Source: a virus
Lineage: Duplodnaviria; Caudoviricetes
Virus record (IMG/VR): IMGVR_UViG_3300021431_000090
Span: 32,001 to 96,000 of that record
Strand: one strand, 5' to 3'
DNA length: 64,000 nt
How positions within the stretch are numbered: the first letter of the stretch is position 1; every line of letters begins with the position of its first letter. The notes under the pieces were generated by a model. The model was not told the DNA's origin. It worked only from the letters and a program-made list of their open reading frames with translations, and made no database searches. Made by a program: the position numbers and the translations under genes. Shown one piece after another: positions 63,367 to 64,000 of this stretch.

Positions 63367-64000
63367 TCAAGAACTTAAATCTTCCTTCATCATCTGCTTA
63401 ATGCTGCCACATCCCAGCTTCTCGCTAAGATGAGCAACCATCTCATCAATCTTTGATCCCTCCACCATCTTGTAATAGTTATAAAGACCATTAAGTACTT
63501 GAATATCATGCAATTCCCAGCTATTCCCCGTGTTTCTATCTCGCACGTAAGTTGTCAGCATTGCCTGGAAATTCCTTTTATTCTTATACCCGATTGTGAT
63601 CTCATTGTTCGCATTCAGCATTACGCCAAGGTTCCAATTTCTACCAGCGGACGAGCCGTATCTTGTTTTTGCGCTATTAATAGTGAACGGAGCGTTGAAA
63701 CTATGCAAAGTCTCTATGATCGCATTTTCCACTTTGCGATAATCAAAATCAAACTTGGATGAGATTAGGAAATCATCTGCATACCTTGTGTACACATATC
63801 TCTGTTTCCCAAAATCTCTAAACATATTTGTAAGCTTGAAGTCCACAGGGATCATCATAATATTTGTGATCAGCGGAGATATCGGTGTCCCTTGCGGAAG
63901 ACCTCCGTCTAATATCGCAAGATCAAGTGCATCTTCCAAAGCTTTTTTACCACGCTGAGTCTTTACCACTTCTGAAAACGGGAACACCATCGAAAACATC
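63367..64000 (-). CDS. Retron-type reverse transcriptase, C-terminal half (5' end lies beyond the window)
   Basis: 'LPQGTPISPLITN' and 'YTRYADDFLIS' catalytic motifs, then 'INSAKT...NLGV' and a short thumb with no maturase or endonuclease domain. Confidence 0.88.
   Translation of the reverse strand, partial: MFSMVFPFSEVVKTQRGKKALEDALDLAILDGGLPQGTPISPLITNIMMIPVDFKLTNMFRDFGKQRYVYTRYADDFLISSKFDFDYRKVENAIIETLHSFNAPFTINSAKTRYGSSAGRNWNLGVMLNANNEITIGYKNKRNFQAMLTTYVRDRNTGNSWELHDIQVLNGLYNYYKMVEGSKIDEMVAHLSEKLGCGSIKQMMKEDLSS

Noticed and set aside
63367-64000. The RT as the missing DGR reverse transcriptase
   Set aside because: Its motifs (QGTPISP, YADD) are retron-like rather than DGR-like (typically GxxxSQ), it lies 50 kb from avd, and it has its own candidate msr-msd RNAs.

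Overview
64-kb segment of a large temperate tailed phage, probably of a Clostridia-like Bacillota host, with SPbeta-like organisation. Bases 1-19.8 kb (+ strand) hold the tail/adhesin/baseplate genes, a DGR target gene plus avd but no TR or DGR RT, a ~640-bp recombinase-flanked mini-cassette, a tyrosine recombinase and the lysis genes. Around 20.0-21.7 kb is an intact attP (3' half of tRNA-Pro(CGG) plus arm repeats) with integrase and excisionase. Bases 22-64 kb (mostly - strand) hold nucleotide scavenging and metabolism genes (dut, BMP lipoprotein, NCS2 permease, nrdDG), replication genes (dnaE, dnaG, dnaB, ssb, ERF), a lysogeny-control region (MrpR/YopR-like, MazF-like, CI-like), iscS, tRNA-Gln(UUG), tRNA-Ile(UAU), several structured ncRNA candidates and the 3' part of a retron-type reverse transcriptase. 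Best candidate for a new system: two tandem retron-like msr-msd RNAs (59842-60198 and 60420-60641) flank tRNA-Ile about 2.7 kb downstream of the RT. They share a covarying a1/a2 stem, a putative branching G and the same UUU-loop hairpin, but carry unrelated msd cargo, suggesting one phage RT makes several different msDNAs. A second candidate is a 208-aa gene followed by a ~440-nt RNA closed by a 24-bp stem and containing heptamer repeats. All calls are by eye from sequence and motifs; no searches were run.
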